Origin: Squalus acanthias
Taxonomy: Eukaryota
DNA: 64,000 bases
NCBI GenBank assembly: GCA_030390025.1
Contig: CM059432.1
Coordinates: 139,006,001 to 139,070,000 of the forward strand
Reading direction: 5' to 3'
Part shown: in pieces, positions 1-11,832 of the stretch
Layout of the letters: each line of letters opens with the position of its first letter
Numbering within the stretch: the stretch's first letter is position 1
Notes under the pieces: model-generated
Seen by the model: only the letters and a program-made list of their open reading frames with translations
What the model was told of the DNA's origin: nothing
Databases searched by the model: none
Translations under genes and position numbers: made by a program

Positions 1-340
1 ACACTCCCAGTGCAGTACTGAGGGAGTGCTGCACTGTCAGAGGTGCCGATTTTCAGATGAGACTTTAAACAAGGCCTCGTCTGCCATCTCAGGTCGATGT
101 GAAAAAAATCACAGGGCATAATTAGGAAGTAGAGCAGGGGCGTTCTCCCCAGTGGCCTGGACAATATTTATCCCTTAACCAATACTTAAAAACAGAATAT
201 CTGGTCATTAACACATTGTTTTTTGTGGGTTCTTGCTGTGCCGCGTTTCCTGCGGTGACTACACTTCAAAAGTATTTGATTCGCTGTAAAGCGCTTCGGG
301 GTCGTGAAAGCCGCTATATAAATGCAAGTTCTTCCTTTTT
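1..340 (+). mobile_element. Deu-domain SINE (SacSINE1-like), cut by window start
   Basis: gtgcagtactgagggagtgctgcactgtc core and cgctatataaatgcaagt tail shared with more than ten copies in the window. Confidence 0.85.
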
Positions 341-619
341 TGAACCTAACCCGCTCGGTGGGAACGGGTCTTAGTTGGGTTCGCGATGGAAGCCCGTGTT
401 GTACCCCGCCCGATTGTACGCTCCATTGAGTTTTCTGTGGAAAAAGAGGTCATTGTTACAACTCAGCAGGACCTTTGACATGTACTTTCGACTTTTTGAC
501 AAACTCTTCTGTAGATCAGTTAACATAAATCTTCCAACCGACAGATCCACATGATCACTTATCTGGTCTGAAGGTCTAGCTGTTCAGATCATTTAGTAAT
601 ACAGTATGTTCAAAAGAGC

Positions 620-1290
620 ATGAGAGAGGAGACTGGACAGAGACAGAAGACTGGACTGAAAGGCATATTCAATGATCTCGTGCTCCTAGCAAGATAACAG
701 CCCTGATTCTCCAACCCAGAATCTGTTCATGCACAGCTCCCACTGGGAACAAAGGATTACTACATTTACCTGAAAGAGAAGACTGGGGATGCAGGTAGGG
801 TAAGAAGGAAGGAAAGGAAAGATGAAATATAGAAAGGAAGAAAGATTGCACACAGAAAAAGAATGAGAGCACAATAGAAAAACATAGAAAGCTGTAGAGA
901 GAGGCACGTACACACACAAACAACTAGACAGGGACAGACAGAAACACACACACAACAGTGTGGAAGAACAAGACTGGACAGAGAGAGAGGAAGAGTGAGA
1001 GCAGAAGAGAAAGGAAGAGGGAGAGAGGAAGAGGAAGAGAGGAGGACAATGAAGAAGACGACGACTGGACAGAGGAAGAGCGTCAGACAGAGAAACATGG
1101 CTTCACAGAGAGAGGTGCACACGCATATGACTAGACAGAAAAAAACACAGATGACAGAGGCACATAGAGAGAGGTATCACGCGAGAAAAAGTTACATACA
1201 CAGAGGGAAAGACAGACACAAACGGGCAGAGAGAGAGAGAGAGAGACCAGAGTGGGAAGAATGAGAAAGTAAGTGAGTGTGTGCGTGCAC
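620..1290. repeat. GA/CA-rich low-complexity tract
   Basis: Purine-rich degenerate GA/GACA/GAA runs; the overlapping ORFs are compositionally biased. Confidence 0.8.
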
Positions 1291-1646
1291 GGATCTGATT
1301 GAAGCATGGATAACACTCTCCTGTAATGTGAACTAAACATGTGCGAATGTAAAAGCACCAAAAGAGGAAATCAAATGGTGCATTGAAATAGACCAACAGG
1401 GGCAACTGACAAGAAAGTCCCTTCTGTTTAAAATCATGAGGCCACAATGTAGCTGAAACAAAACTTACTGATAAGCAAAACATCTAGTAATGCACACATA
1501 AATGAACTTAAAATGCTCCTATGTTTAAGTGTCTGTGAGTTATTCAGCCAAGACTGGGCAAAACATTGACAATTCTTCAGGTTTGATATGCAAAAATATA
1601 ACTTGAATACTCCTCACAATTTCAGAACTTTTAAAACTAGACATAT

Positions 1647-2200
1647 GGGCCGAAAATTGATCCCGGGACGCGAGAGTACGCACTGCGTACTCTCGCGTAT
1701 TCCCTCTGCAATTGCCGGTTTTCTGCATGCCCTGCGCATGCGCTGAAAACCGGCAATTGCTCTTCTGAAAAGGGGGCGGGTCCTGGGTGCATCGCGTGCG
1801 CGCTACAGGCTGCGCGCACGCTGTGCACTTCATGCTTTGGACGCGCAGGTAAGTAGGGAAGATTTTGGAAATGTAAAAAGGAGGAGTAAGACCCGCTTTT
1901 AAGAAGGTAAGTAGTGAATTAAGTATTTTTTTGAATTTTTTTTTTACAGGTGTATCTTTTTTAGAGACTTTAAAGACAGGTAAGTTTATTTTTATAACTT
2001 TTTAAAAGATTTTAAATTTTTTCAAAAATTTAATTTTTTTATTTAAAATGGTTAATTTAATTAACTATACTTATTTTATTAATGTGATGGTTTTTTTTTA
2101 AAATTTAATTGAGGTTTAGCTGTTATTTTGGGGGGGTGTAAGATTCATAGATTTTACAGCAGGTCTGTGAAACTTATGAATGGAAGATGGTGTGCTGCCA
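1647..2200 (+). mobile_element. Putative non-autonomous PIF/Harbinger-type element, left end with hairpins
   Basis: Starts GGGCCGAAAATT, similar to the GGCCTAGAAATT upstream of the Harbinger transposase at 4435; CpG-rich palindromes then an AT-rich core; no right TIR found. Confidence 0.5.
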
Positions 2201-3299
2201 TTGGCTCCCAATTAGTGTAAGTGAAAAGATTGGGATTTTATCCGATGGATTGAAAAAGTACCTCTGTTGTACAGTTGTGCCGATTTTCCGACTGCACAGT
2301 GGACAATGAAATAATTTTCAATTCCATAATTTTTCCTGCAAACTTTTTTTTGATGCTTGATACAAATGGAGTTGGAATAAATGAATGTCATTAATAATAA
2401 TTTCATTACCATTTGAGAATCTATAAATAACATTTTGATTTGCTGGTGCCTGTAGGCAACCGTAAGCATACAACATGGTGGATGTTTTCAATATTCATTG
2501 TTGTGGTCCGACTGCCCATGCTTGACAAAATATAGCCCATGCTCAGGTCATTAGAAAATGCTGCTTCACTTAAAAGCAAAAGCTTCAAATTTGCATTTAT
2601 TGCATACTTATAGATGTAAAATCAGATGCTTAAGTATCGTTTTGCTAAAATAGTGATTTTTTTTTAAAAACACTTTCAAATGATATTACCAATTGCTCCC
2701 AAGTACTAAACTAACCACTAAAAAATATACATTTTCAAAATGTAAGTCAATGCAGCATGGGACAAAATTTACTACAAATCAACATGATGACTGAATCTGG
2801 TTAATAGAAAGGACTAATCCTAGATAAATAATGACAGACTGCAAGTACATGTCTTATATTCATTTGTATTATGTTTCGTGAAAATTAATTAAAAACAGTG
2901 GACTGATGATCTTTAACCACAGTTTTACTCTACAGATCACGATGCCACAAATTCATGGAATGTACGAGGAAATGCATAATTATTAGTCTAACTAAGGGAG
3001 AGGTTGAAATCTATTTTCTTTTACTGCCGTAAATGCTGGATATCATTGGTGCCATTCGTATCACCTGGGAGGTGGAAGAAGAGGCTGGATTGAGATTTCA
3101 CAAAGGCTCTATAATCATAGAATGATACAGCACAGGAGGAGGCCATTCGGCCCATCGTGCCTGTGCCGGCTCTTGGAATAATATCAATCAAGTTGTTGGA
3201 AACATGCTGTGAGGTGATTTGTGGCCATTTAGAGGATAGGGGGAAATGTACGAGGGGACAAGAAAGAGATTCTAAGGCTCGATAGAGATAGCATATGGT

Positions 3300-3545
3300 C
3301 AGGTAGTTACTCAGAGAGTGGTGAGAATGTGGAACGCGCTACCACCAGGCGTGGTTGAGACGACTAGCATAGATGCATTTAAGGGGAAGCTAGATAAGCA
3401 CATGAGGGAGAAGGGAACAGAAGGATAGGTTGATGGAGTTCGATGAAGTAGGGTGGAAGGGGACTCGTGTGCAGTACGAACATGGACCAGTTGGGCCGAA
3501 TTTCCTGTTTCTGTGCTGCAAGTACTATGTGATGTAATTCTATGT
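3300..3545 (+). mobile_element. CR1 LINE 3' end
   Basis: actcagagagtggtgagaatgtggaac (QRVVRMWN) and ggccgaat...cctgtttctgtgctg tail. Confidence 0.85.
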
Positions 3546-3821
3546 AAATCCTTTTAACCTGAACTAACTACAAGTGCAAGGAATCTCGTCGCAGTGCAGG
3601 AATACAGTCTAGAGATATGATATGAATATGGAGCATAACAATTAGGGGAAGTTCTAGACCAAAACAGGTTTGCAGGTACTGTTATAGGGAGGGGGATTAA
3701 TAGTTGAGCAAGCATAAAGAGGAAATCTTTTATCCATTCTGATTCAGATTAGCTATTTTCCATTCTTGGACTATAAAATTAGACAGGTGATAATTAAAAA
3801 ATATATATTAAAATCACATGT

Positions 3822-3988
3822 GGCCTAGAAATTCATCTCGGACAGTGGCGCAAAACGGGCAGTATCGGATCGGCCACCCGTTATACGCAGCACCCGATAG
3901 TCAGTTACATTGACTGCAATAGAACTGAATATTAGGCGCTGCGTATAATTGGCGGCTGATCCGATAACGCCCGTACTGCACTAAGCCG
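3822..3988. mobile_element. Short fold-back MITE (Harbinger-type end)
   Basis: GGCCTAGAAATT start; imperfect inverted arms acgggcagtatcggatcggcc...ttatacgcagc versus gctgcgtataa...ggctgatccgataacgcccgt. Confidence 0.65.
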
Positions 3989-4434
3989 TTGTCTTTGTGG
4001 GCTAAGAAACTTAAGAGACTGTACCAGATGCTGCATTCTTGAATGTTTTTAAAACATCCCCACGCGCACCCGCCCCCCCACCACCGCACCCCAAATCTAA
4101 ATATTGCCCAAACAGAATGTGGTAGCTAGGATAGCACGTGGCAGACATTAATTTAGTTCCAAGCTACAGGTCTTTTGCACTTGTGAAGCAACAGTCACAA
4201 TGTGCCATTGCTGGTATAACACATTTTAAAGGTTTCCGTGACTCACTTCTAGCAAGAAACTGTCAGCAGCCAAAGGTTTCACAAAAAAAATGTAAATAAT
4301 TAAAGGCAAATATGCTTGTGGCTTGCAGTATGAACCATGCTTTGCTATCCACCTCAGTTGTGGGAGCAGTGCTTAAAACAAATTTGAAATAAAAAAAATA
4401 AATTAGGAAGCACATCAAGAATTGTACGCACAGT

Positions 4435-5680
4435 GGCCTAGAAATTAGTCGGTGCACGCCCATTTTACAGGCGTAAAACGGACGCCTCGGCATCCATTAT
4501 GGTTGGCAGCGTGCATGTGCCTGTCCCGTGCAGAAAGTGAGTCGCCCACCATTTTGGATCGGGCTCCTCCATAGGCATTCAGGGGATGCGTCAGGAATCC
4601 TGTGATTCAGGAAGCTCGTTGTAGTGTTTAATTAAGGGATTCTACACTGGTTGTAGGCCCCTTTGTGAAATTGGGCTGACCCAGCCCCTGCCTCGGCACG
4701 TGATAAACTTGCGCAACAACTCGTGGTGCTAACAGGCAGGAAGGACCCTTCAGCAGCGCTACTTAAAGGGCTCATCACTTCATGCAAGTTAGTTGCTGGC
4801 TTGTCCCCTTCGGTGGCTGGTTAACCTCTGGGCCTTTTTTTGGCCTATTTTCCGACTTCTACAACTTAGTTCTGACTTCTGATTTGAAGTTTTTGCTGAT
4901 GAGGGACTGATTTTCACTGTCTTCAGTTATATTGCAGTAATGGATGGTCTGGTCGGACTGCCTTTGGAGCTGAAGGATGAGGGGGAGCAGCCAAGAAAAA
5001 GAGAGAGCAGGAGAAGCTGGGAAAAGAGGGAGGAGGAGGAGGGCACTGGGCAGGAGGCCATACCCACAGAGTGTCTTCAGGGAGCACCTCTCCTACCTTA
5101 ACTTCACTGAGGACCAATGTCTCAGGTGCCTTCGCTTCACCAAGGAGGCTGTCGCTGAGCTAGGTAACCTGCTGCAGCCACAACTCAAGCCTCGAACCAG
5201 GGCATGGACAGCACCGTCAAGGTCACCGTGTCCTTTAACGTTTATGCAACAGAAACCTTTTAGGCTGCAGCAGCTGGCATTAGCCACATCTCCCAGTGGG
5301 CAGTCCACCGCTTCATCAAGCAGGTCACCGAGACTCTGTATGCCAGGGGGAACAGCTACATCTCTTGCCACGTGGACAGAGCGAAGCAGGACCTGAGAGC
5401 ACTAGGCTTTACCCGCATTGCAAGTTACCCCAGGGTGCAAGGTGCCATAGACTGCCCCCGCATTAATTTGCATGCCCCCCCCCCCCCCCCCCAATCACCA
5501 TCCTGGCACCTTTCTGAATAGAAATTGATTCCATTCCCTCAATGTCCAGAGCTTGTTTACGACCACAGGCAAGCACATCATGTAGGTCTGTGCCCGGTAG
5601 CCTGGCATCAGTCACAATTCATTCATTTTGCGCCAGTCCCCTCTGCGGCCTTTATTCCAACCCTGTACCCAAGCCCTGTA
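4435..5680 (+). mobile_element. PIF/Harbinger DNA transposon, 3'-truncated
   Basis: TIR-like GGCCTAGAAATT at 4435 followed by a decayed transposase. Confidence 0.75.
4939..5670 (+). pseudogene. Harbinger (HARBI1-like DDE) transposase pseudogene
   Basis: Read across frameshifts and stops: FREHLSYLNFTEDQCLRCLRFTKEAVAEL, ISQWAVHRFIKQVT, YPRVQGAIDC, FLNRN*FHSLNVQ, AR*PGISHNSFILRQS. Confidence 0.85.
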
Positions 5681-5877
5681 AGCTTACATCCATCACCAGG
5701 GTGACCAAAAACAAAGAGCCGCTCAGCTTCAATTTTTTTCTAAGTCTGTCCCTCAACTTGGCAGGTTAATCTAAGGCTTATACCAAGCAGTGACGGTGTT
5801 AAGGAGGAAATGCAGTGATTAAGCTTCTGGGAATGTCTGGTTCACATGGTGGCTTAACAAGTGCAACTGAAAATAAA

Positions 5878-6065
5878 TAAAACAACATATATTTATATAG
5901 CGCCTTTCACCTCGCTAAATGTCCCAAGGCACTTCACAGCTTCGTAAGGCAAAATGGACTCTGAGCCGAATGAGGAGAGAGTAAGCGTGATGACTAAAAG
6001 CTTGTTCAAAGAGGTTTTAAGGAGGTTCTTAGGAGGAGGAGATGGAGAGGTTTAGGGAGGGAATT
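5878..6065 (-). mobile_element. L2 LINE 3' end
   Basis: Reverse of the tail seen at 27870-28080 (atttatatagcgccttt...gtcccaaggcacttcaca...ggtttagggagggaatt). Confidence 0.75.
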
Positions 6066-6569
6066 GAATGGCAGAGCAGGCTCGAGGGGCTGAATGGGCT
6101 GCTCCTGTTCCTATGCTCCTAATTGCAGAGTCAGATCTAGGTGGCTTATGTCTCAAAAGCTTGGCCATGATGATTGCTTAGAATAAAACAGTACCATAGA
6201 ACTTGTGCTGGGCACCATGGGGTAAGTTTTCACATAGTCAAGTACATGTTCCAACAACATTGGTTTAGCAGGTGGTGGTTAACATTGTATTCCACCTTTT
6301 GCAAATAAAAGCAATAAAGCTCTGAGTTCCACTGATGGGAGAAGTGATGCACAACGCTTTCTCACTGGCATTCCATGGAGAGATTTTTGGTGTTGATAAG
6401 GAGTTGCAACTGCAGCGACGCTTTTGTGCCTAGCAGAAACATACTCTTGTGGTCCAGTTCTAGTCAGGACTGAAATTTTGAAGAGAATGGACACTGGACT
6501 GGAGTAGTCTAAAGTCATCTCGGGCAATATCTTTAATGGCTTTGGATTATATGGAATCAAAGAAGAAAA

Positions 6570-6660
6570 GAAAGGAAGATTTGTATTTGCATAGCGCCTT
6601 TCACGACCTCAGGACGTCCCAAAAGTGCTTTGCAGCCAATGAAGTAGTTTTGAGGTGTGG
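6570..6660 (-). mobile_element. Deu-SINE 3' tail
   Basis: atagcgcctttcacgacctcaggacgtcccaaa...cagccaatgaagta. Confidence 0.8.
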
Positions 6661-7049
6661 TTGAGCAAGATACAGGAGTTTTCTTTTCAAGCTACTAAAT
6701 AGAGCTACAATATTCCATCATTGGAATGGATACAGGTAATGTGGAACCCTGATGCCACAAACTGCGGAAAGTCTGCACTTTCTTGACAACTTAACAGTCT
6801 CCTATCAGCTTTTCTGGCCGTCTTCATTACCCATGTGTCCGCCAATCCAACAAGGAGTATGTTTGCAAATGGAGAGAGCTTTTACCTTTACAGAAGTGGG
6901 TAAGCGATCTCGTGCTCAAGCATTCCTTGAAAGAGTTATTGATACTGAACTCTTCAGTATTTAAGGTAGCATATTTTTGGTTGAGGCATTTTGAGATCCT
7001 ATCCAAGCGAATGCTAAAAATACCCTGGTAAGATACCCTGGCCAATAAT

Positions 7050-7600
7050 GCGCCAGGAAAACACTCACAACAGCTGTGCTTCCACAAAGGCCTAATGTAA
7101 AGCAATATGCAACCGGAGTGGACTATCCAGGACAAACATCTCCAAAATACTTTGTTTACACAAATTTCTCCTCAATTTATACACTGCGCCCATCAGCAAT
7201 CTGGTAATGGTAAAGGACAAAACCGCCTCGGTTCATGCAAGAAAATCCTTGCCTGGCCTTTTACCTCCTGGATGGAATGTAGACTAACCACCAAATGGCG
7301 CGGAGGGTTTTTTATGGCAGGGATCCTGTACTAAATCAACCTGGAAGTGATGCCCTTTGAAATTAGCAAGAAGGAACCAGCTTGGACTACTCTTGATTCA
7401 CTCGGAGCCCAAATAGGAGTGCAATCTGCTGAGCTGGAGGATACCATTATTATGAGCCAGTTGTCCAAAGTAACATGAACATATGGTGATGTTTCTACTA
7501 CAGTTATGCTGCTTATGTTGACGGGAACTTTGTGGATAGTTTTGGCGCTGAAACTAAACCCTCTCCAGTAGTAAACATGCTCCTACAGTTCTGAACCTCA
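7050..7600 (-). pseudogene. Highly decayed Harbinger-like transposase remnant
   Basis: Minus-strand pieces in the expected order: YYWRGFSF, SVNI, GQLAHNNGILQLS, YQIADGRSV*IEEKF, WRCL. These resemble NRKGFHS / PGSxHD / RxVIExxFGxLKxRWRCL; many frameshifts. Confidence 0.35.
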
Positions 7601-8149
7601 GACTTTCTGAAAACAGGAATCATTGTAGATATACATAACATAACATGTTATCAGCCTTTTCCAATACATTGCTTGCATTATTCTACTCCCCTAAGGAAGA
7701 GGACATAGTCCAAGACCTGCCTGTCCAAGTGTATAGCAACAGAAATAAAATTATTCAAGAATGGCTTTATATACTTTCGCCACATTTTACAGTTCCACTG
7801 AAAACTGCATCTGGATGGTTTTTAAAAAATAAATGCTAAATACTTTTAATTAACATGGCCCTGGCCACTCTTTAGAAATGAGAAGTGTCCATTGAACCAC
7901 CTGTAAATTTTTAAAGCTTAAATTTGGAGTTTACTATCCCATTAGTAGATTAGCCCAGTTGATGGTGGCTTTATATTGCCTTGAAACATTAAACAAATGG
8001 TCAATAATGACACTCAAATCCTTTTCTACCTTTCCTAATAAACATTCACTCACCCATGTTTCAAGTTCCAATGTACACTACCGTACATCTATAGCTACAT
8101 AAAAATCCATCTGCCACTCCTTCATCCAACCAATGAATTTGCCCAAATT

Positions 8150-8278
8150 CACTGACTAACATCTCCATATATGGCTTGGTGTCAAATTTTGTTTGTTTTT
8201 TGATAACACTCCTGTGAAGCGCCTTGGGACGTTTTACTACATTAAAGGCGCTATATAAATACAAGTTGTTGTTGTTGA
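8150..8278 (+). mobile_element. L2 LINE 3' tail
   Basis: ctcctgtgaagcgccttgggacgttttactacattaaaggcgctatataaat...(gtt)n. Confidence 0.8.
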
Positions 8279-10074
8279 ATGCTTTGATCTCCCTTAGACC
8301 AGTAACCTCCTTGGTGTTATTAACAATTCTTTATATGACTAATCATACCCTCTTCCTAAACACCCAAAACAGACCTCTACAGGACCTTTAACCCCCCACA
8401 CCCCCTCCCCCTCCACTGATCCCAAGACAAAACCTTTTTTTTTTTTACATTCAACGCCACTTTCTGTGGCCAAGCCATTTTATAATCCAGTACCATGCAT
8501 GACTCAATCTTCCAATAATACTATTATTTACACTTTTCCAAAACTGTCATTATTTTCAAAAGGGGTTTAAGCTATTATCCTTTAAAGTATTGTTCCTTTA
8601 GTGCAGTTTTAAAAATGTACAAAGTTGTCTTGATTTCTGCAGGAAGAACATTTTTTTTTCCCAAGATGAACTGATTAAATATTTTACCTGACATATTCTA
8701 CCTTCATTAATTTGGCTAACAAAACTTATTCAAATTAAAAGGTCTCTGGGAGCTAAAATAAATAAATTATAGTGTTGTGCACTGTCAGCAATGATATTTT
8801 GTGGAAGTGGATTGCATATTTTTGTTCTCAAGCTGTGCTTTATAGACATTAATGTAATATACTGTATGTATATCATAGTAAACAAGCAATGTGAGCAATG
8901 CTCACAAATATCTCCTTGGGGAAATGTGATCGAGAAGGCTGTGGACATCATTCAAAAGCAGTCAAAATATCATGAGAAGAAAGTGCACATAGACATGAAA
9001 ATGTCAGGGGAAACTAAAACAGACTGATGTTGAAGGCAATTGCACGAACACAAATCTGTTTTAGTGCAAGACATTTCTACTGTTTTCAGACTTGGGCACT
9101 TTGTAAAATGTGCACTTTTTAGTAGACGTAACTGTTTGGCAATTTGCGGCATGTCACAAATTTCGTGCAATACCTGAAGTTAAATGAGTGATCAGACATG
9201 CACAAATAGAAAGCTTCCACACACTTCTGACACCTAAGCTGGGTTAGGGCGAGAGGAAATGGCTTCAGCATTGTTGTTAAAATCTAAAAGTCTTCAGAGA
9301 CGCAGGGAACTGCGGGGAAAGAGGTCAATTTAAAGTGCACCTCCTATAAACATAATAAAGTACTGCTTTCAATTTTTCCTGTCCCCGGGGAGTTTTTGGG
9401 TTAATCGGGTTATCTGACACACATGAAAGCTCATCCTCATGTGTCCAAAACAAGCTACTGAGAAATACACACAGGTAGAATTTCCACTTGCCCAATATGT
9501 GGTGCACACAGTAGGAATTCACTCTACTAACCAAAGTCCAGACAGCTAAGGCTTAGAGACCACCAAGTATGTGCGGGGGTACTGTTGGAGTTCAACCAGC
9601 TGAAACCATTCAGCTCACCAGCACCGAGCGCTGCTAATCTATCGCGGACTACCTTACCCGTAGGAGCACTGGCTTGCAGGGTTACCAAGAGCTGAGTGGA
9701 AAGTATCCCAGTCCCTCGTGACAGGTCTACCCCCCTCTAGGTTCCATTTAGCAAGCCAAGCTGGCTGGTCAATCCTCAACAATGCCCTGGAGCAGCGCAG
9801 GCCGGCCCAGCTCGGGTATTGTATGACCCAGTCTGCCGCTTCCATCACCGGGAGATGTCATCTTTGAGCCATCTCAATCCCAAAAGAGGCTCCAATATTC
9901 AGATTCACAGCTAATCTGCCAGCGTGGTACAAACGTCTCCCAGCCAAATAAAAGTCACTGTAACACTGATGGTGTGGCTCTCATCCTTTTGCGAATCACG
10001 AGCAATCGAGGTGATGGACTGCATTTATGCCACTCCAAAGCTAATTAGAAGTTCACTATCGCCTCCTCCAATGG

Positions 10075-10325
10075 TTCAGGCATGTCCCTGATTGCAGTCC
10101 CAGTCTGTGCTGAGTCAGCGGAGCTCAACTGGGCAGCGATTGGAGGGCCACAGACCTTCGAGTTAGGGAGAAGAAAATCAGCCAGGGTTCTCAATCCTAA
10201 TTGCTGTGCAGTGATTCTCGCTGGAGAGTGTGGTTGTGGCAGCCAGCGAGGAGAGGATTGGACTCGACTTTAGTGCTCCTTTGGTCAAGCCGCACTAAAG
10301 ATGAAGCCTCGCACATGAATAGTAG
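10075..10325 (+). mobile_element. Old SINE (LF-SINE-like)
   Basis: gtctgtgctgagtcagc...gggagaagaaaatcagccagggttc...cagtga; similar diverged pieces near 31290-31500 (+) and 11100-11220 (-). Family name from recall only. Confidence 0.45.
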
Positions 10326-11372
10326 GAACATAGGAAATGGAGGAGGCTATTCAGCCCCTCGATCCAGTTCCGCCCTTCAGTTAGATCATTGGCTGATCTG
10401 TACCTCAACTCCATTTACTCACCGTTGCTGCATAATGGCCCCTTGGAGGATTTCCATGAAAACAAACCATCAAGGAGTTGACAATGTTTTGTAAAAGAGG
10501 GGAGTGAAGAAAAATTGGCAGAGAAAATTAGCAAAGCTAAATAGAGTTCAGTACTGGCCTTTGAAACAGCATCAATGCTGGGTCAGGAAGGATGACAATC
10601 CCTGCTCAACATAATGAGAACTGCCCATTGATGAATTTGTTGCACAAGTTGTTGGACCGGCAGTAAGCTGCCCATATCTGTATTTAGATTTTCTCCTCCA
10701 AGGCAAGAGAAATCAAAAGCACATGTTTCCTTTTTTGAATAAAGCTAATTTAGGGTCTAGGACTGAAATTCCTACCCCAGCCTTGCTCCACCACAGTACT
10801 GAGCCATTTTAACTTATTTTCTGTGAGGTCACGTAAGCACTTGTGTGTGATTAAATGTGTATGTATTTTCAGCTTCCCATATGTTGAAATTAGCCAAGTG
10901 CTTGCTGACCAATAGCTTGTTGAAACATCCAATGAAGCTTCATAATGATGGAGTTTCGCCACCATGGTTGGTTCTTTAAAAAAAAATGGAACCATCACAA
11001 AACATTATGATCAACTTGAAAATCTCTGTTCCCTTCCCTCCATGTTTTCTCCGCTCCTCTCCTGGAGATGTTGGGGGAAGGCGCCATGAATGCCCCAGCT
11101 GCTATCCAGCACCTTGCGCAAGTATCCATTCTTCACGTGCGAGCCTAGACAGCGTCGATGGAATCTCTGAAAGTGGATGGGCATCATCCAGTCTAATTCG
11201 ATTGTCACTTGATATGAACTTTCCCTCGGGGGGGTCGATGGATACCAATGGATGCGCTGGCCGACACATTCCTTCCCTGACATCAAGGCCAGATGTAGCC
11301 TGCCCACTTCCACTCTGGCTGAGATCACTTAGGGCAGCACAGATCAGTATCTTGCATGCCTCCATGGCTTGC

Positions 11373-11832
11373 GTCAGCCGTGGCTCAGTGGGTAGCACTC
11401 TCACCTCTGAGTCAGAAGGTCGTGGGGGTCAAGTCCCACTACAGAGACCTGAGCACAAAAATCTAGGCTGACACTCCAGCGCAGTACTGAGGGAGTGCTG
11501 CACTGTCGGAGGTGCCATCGTTCGGATGAGACGTTAAAACAAGGCTCTTTCTGCTCTCTCAGGTGGACGTAAAAGATCCCATGGCACTAGTTCGAAGAAG
11601 AGCAGGAGAGTTTTCCCCGGAGTCCTGGCCATCATTTATCCCTCACTCAACATCACCACAACAGATTATCTGGCCATTATCATGTTACTGTTTGTGGGAG
11701 CTTGCTGTGCACAAATTGGCATTTCCTACATCACAACAGTGACTGCACTTCAAAAGTACTTAATTGGCTGTAAAGCGCTTTGGGACTCCCCGAGGTCGTG
11801 AAAGGCGCTATAGAGATGCAAGTCTTTCTTTT
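11373..11832 (+). mobile_element. Full-length Deu-domain tRNA SINE (SacSINE1-like)
   Basis: A box tggctcagtggg, B-box-like ggtcaagtccc, Deu core ggtgccatcgttcggatgagacgttaaa, L2-like tail ending in (cttt)n. Confidence 0.9.

Noticed and set aside
669..1483. Several 76-126 aa ORFs
   Set aside because: Products of the GA/CT low-complexity tract; no domain signal.
4977..5396. Host HARBI1 gene
   Set aside because: Frameshifts, stops, a poly-C expansion and a TIR-like end mark it as a dead transposon copy.
8791..9027. 78-aa ORF with CEQC, echoed in frame at 13062
   Set aside because: The second copy stops after about 16 codons and no splice signals were found; kept only as a DNA-level paralogy finding.
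9650..9960. Possible DIRS-type tyrosine recombinase remnant (…VMEAADW… on the minus strand)
   Set aside because: Only one short motif; no other supporting domain seen.
11373..11445. tRNA-like sequences at SINE heads
   Set aside because: They continue straight into the SINE body, so they are not independent tRNA genes.
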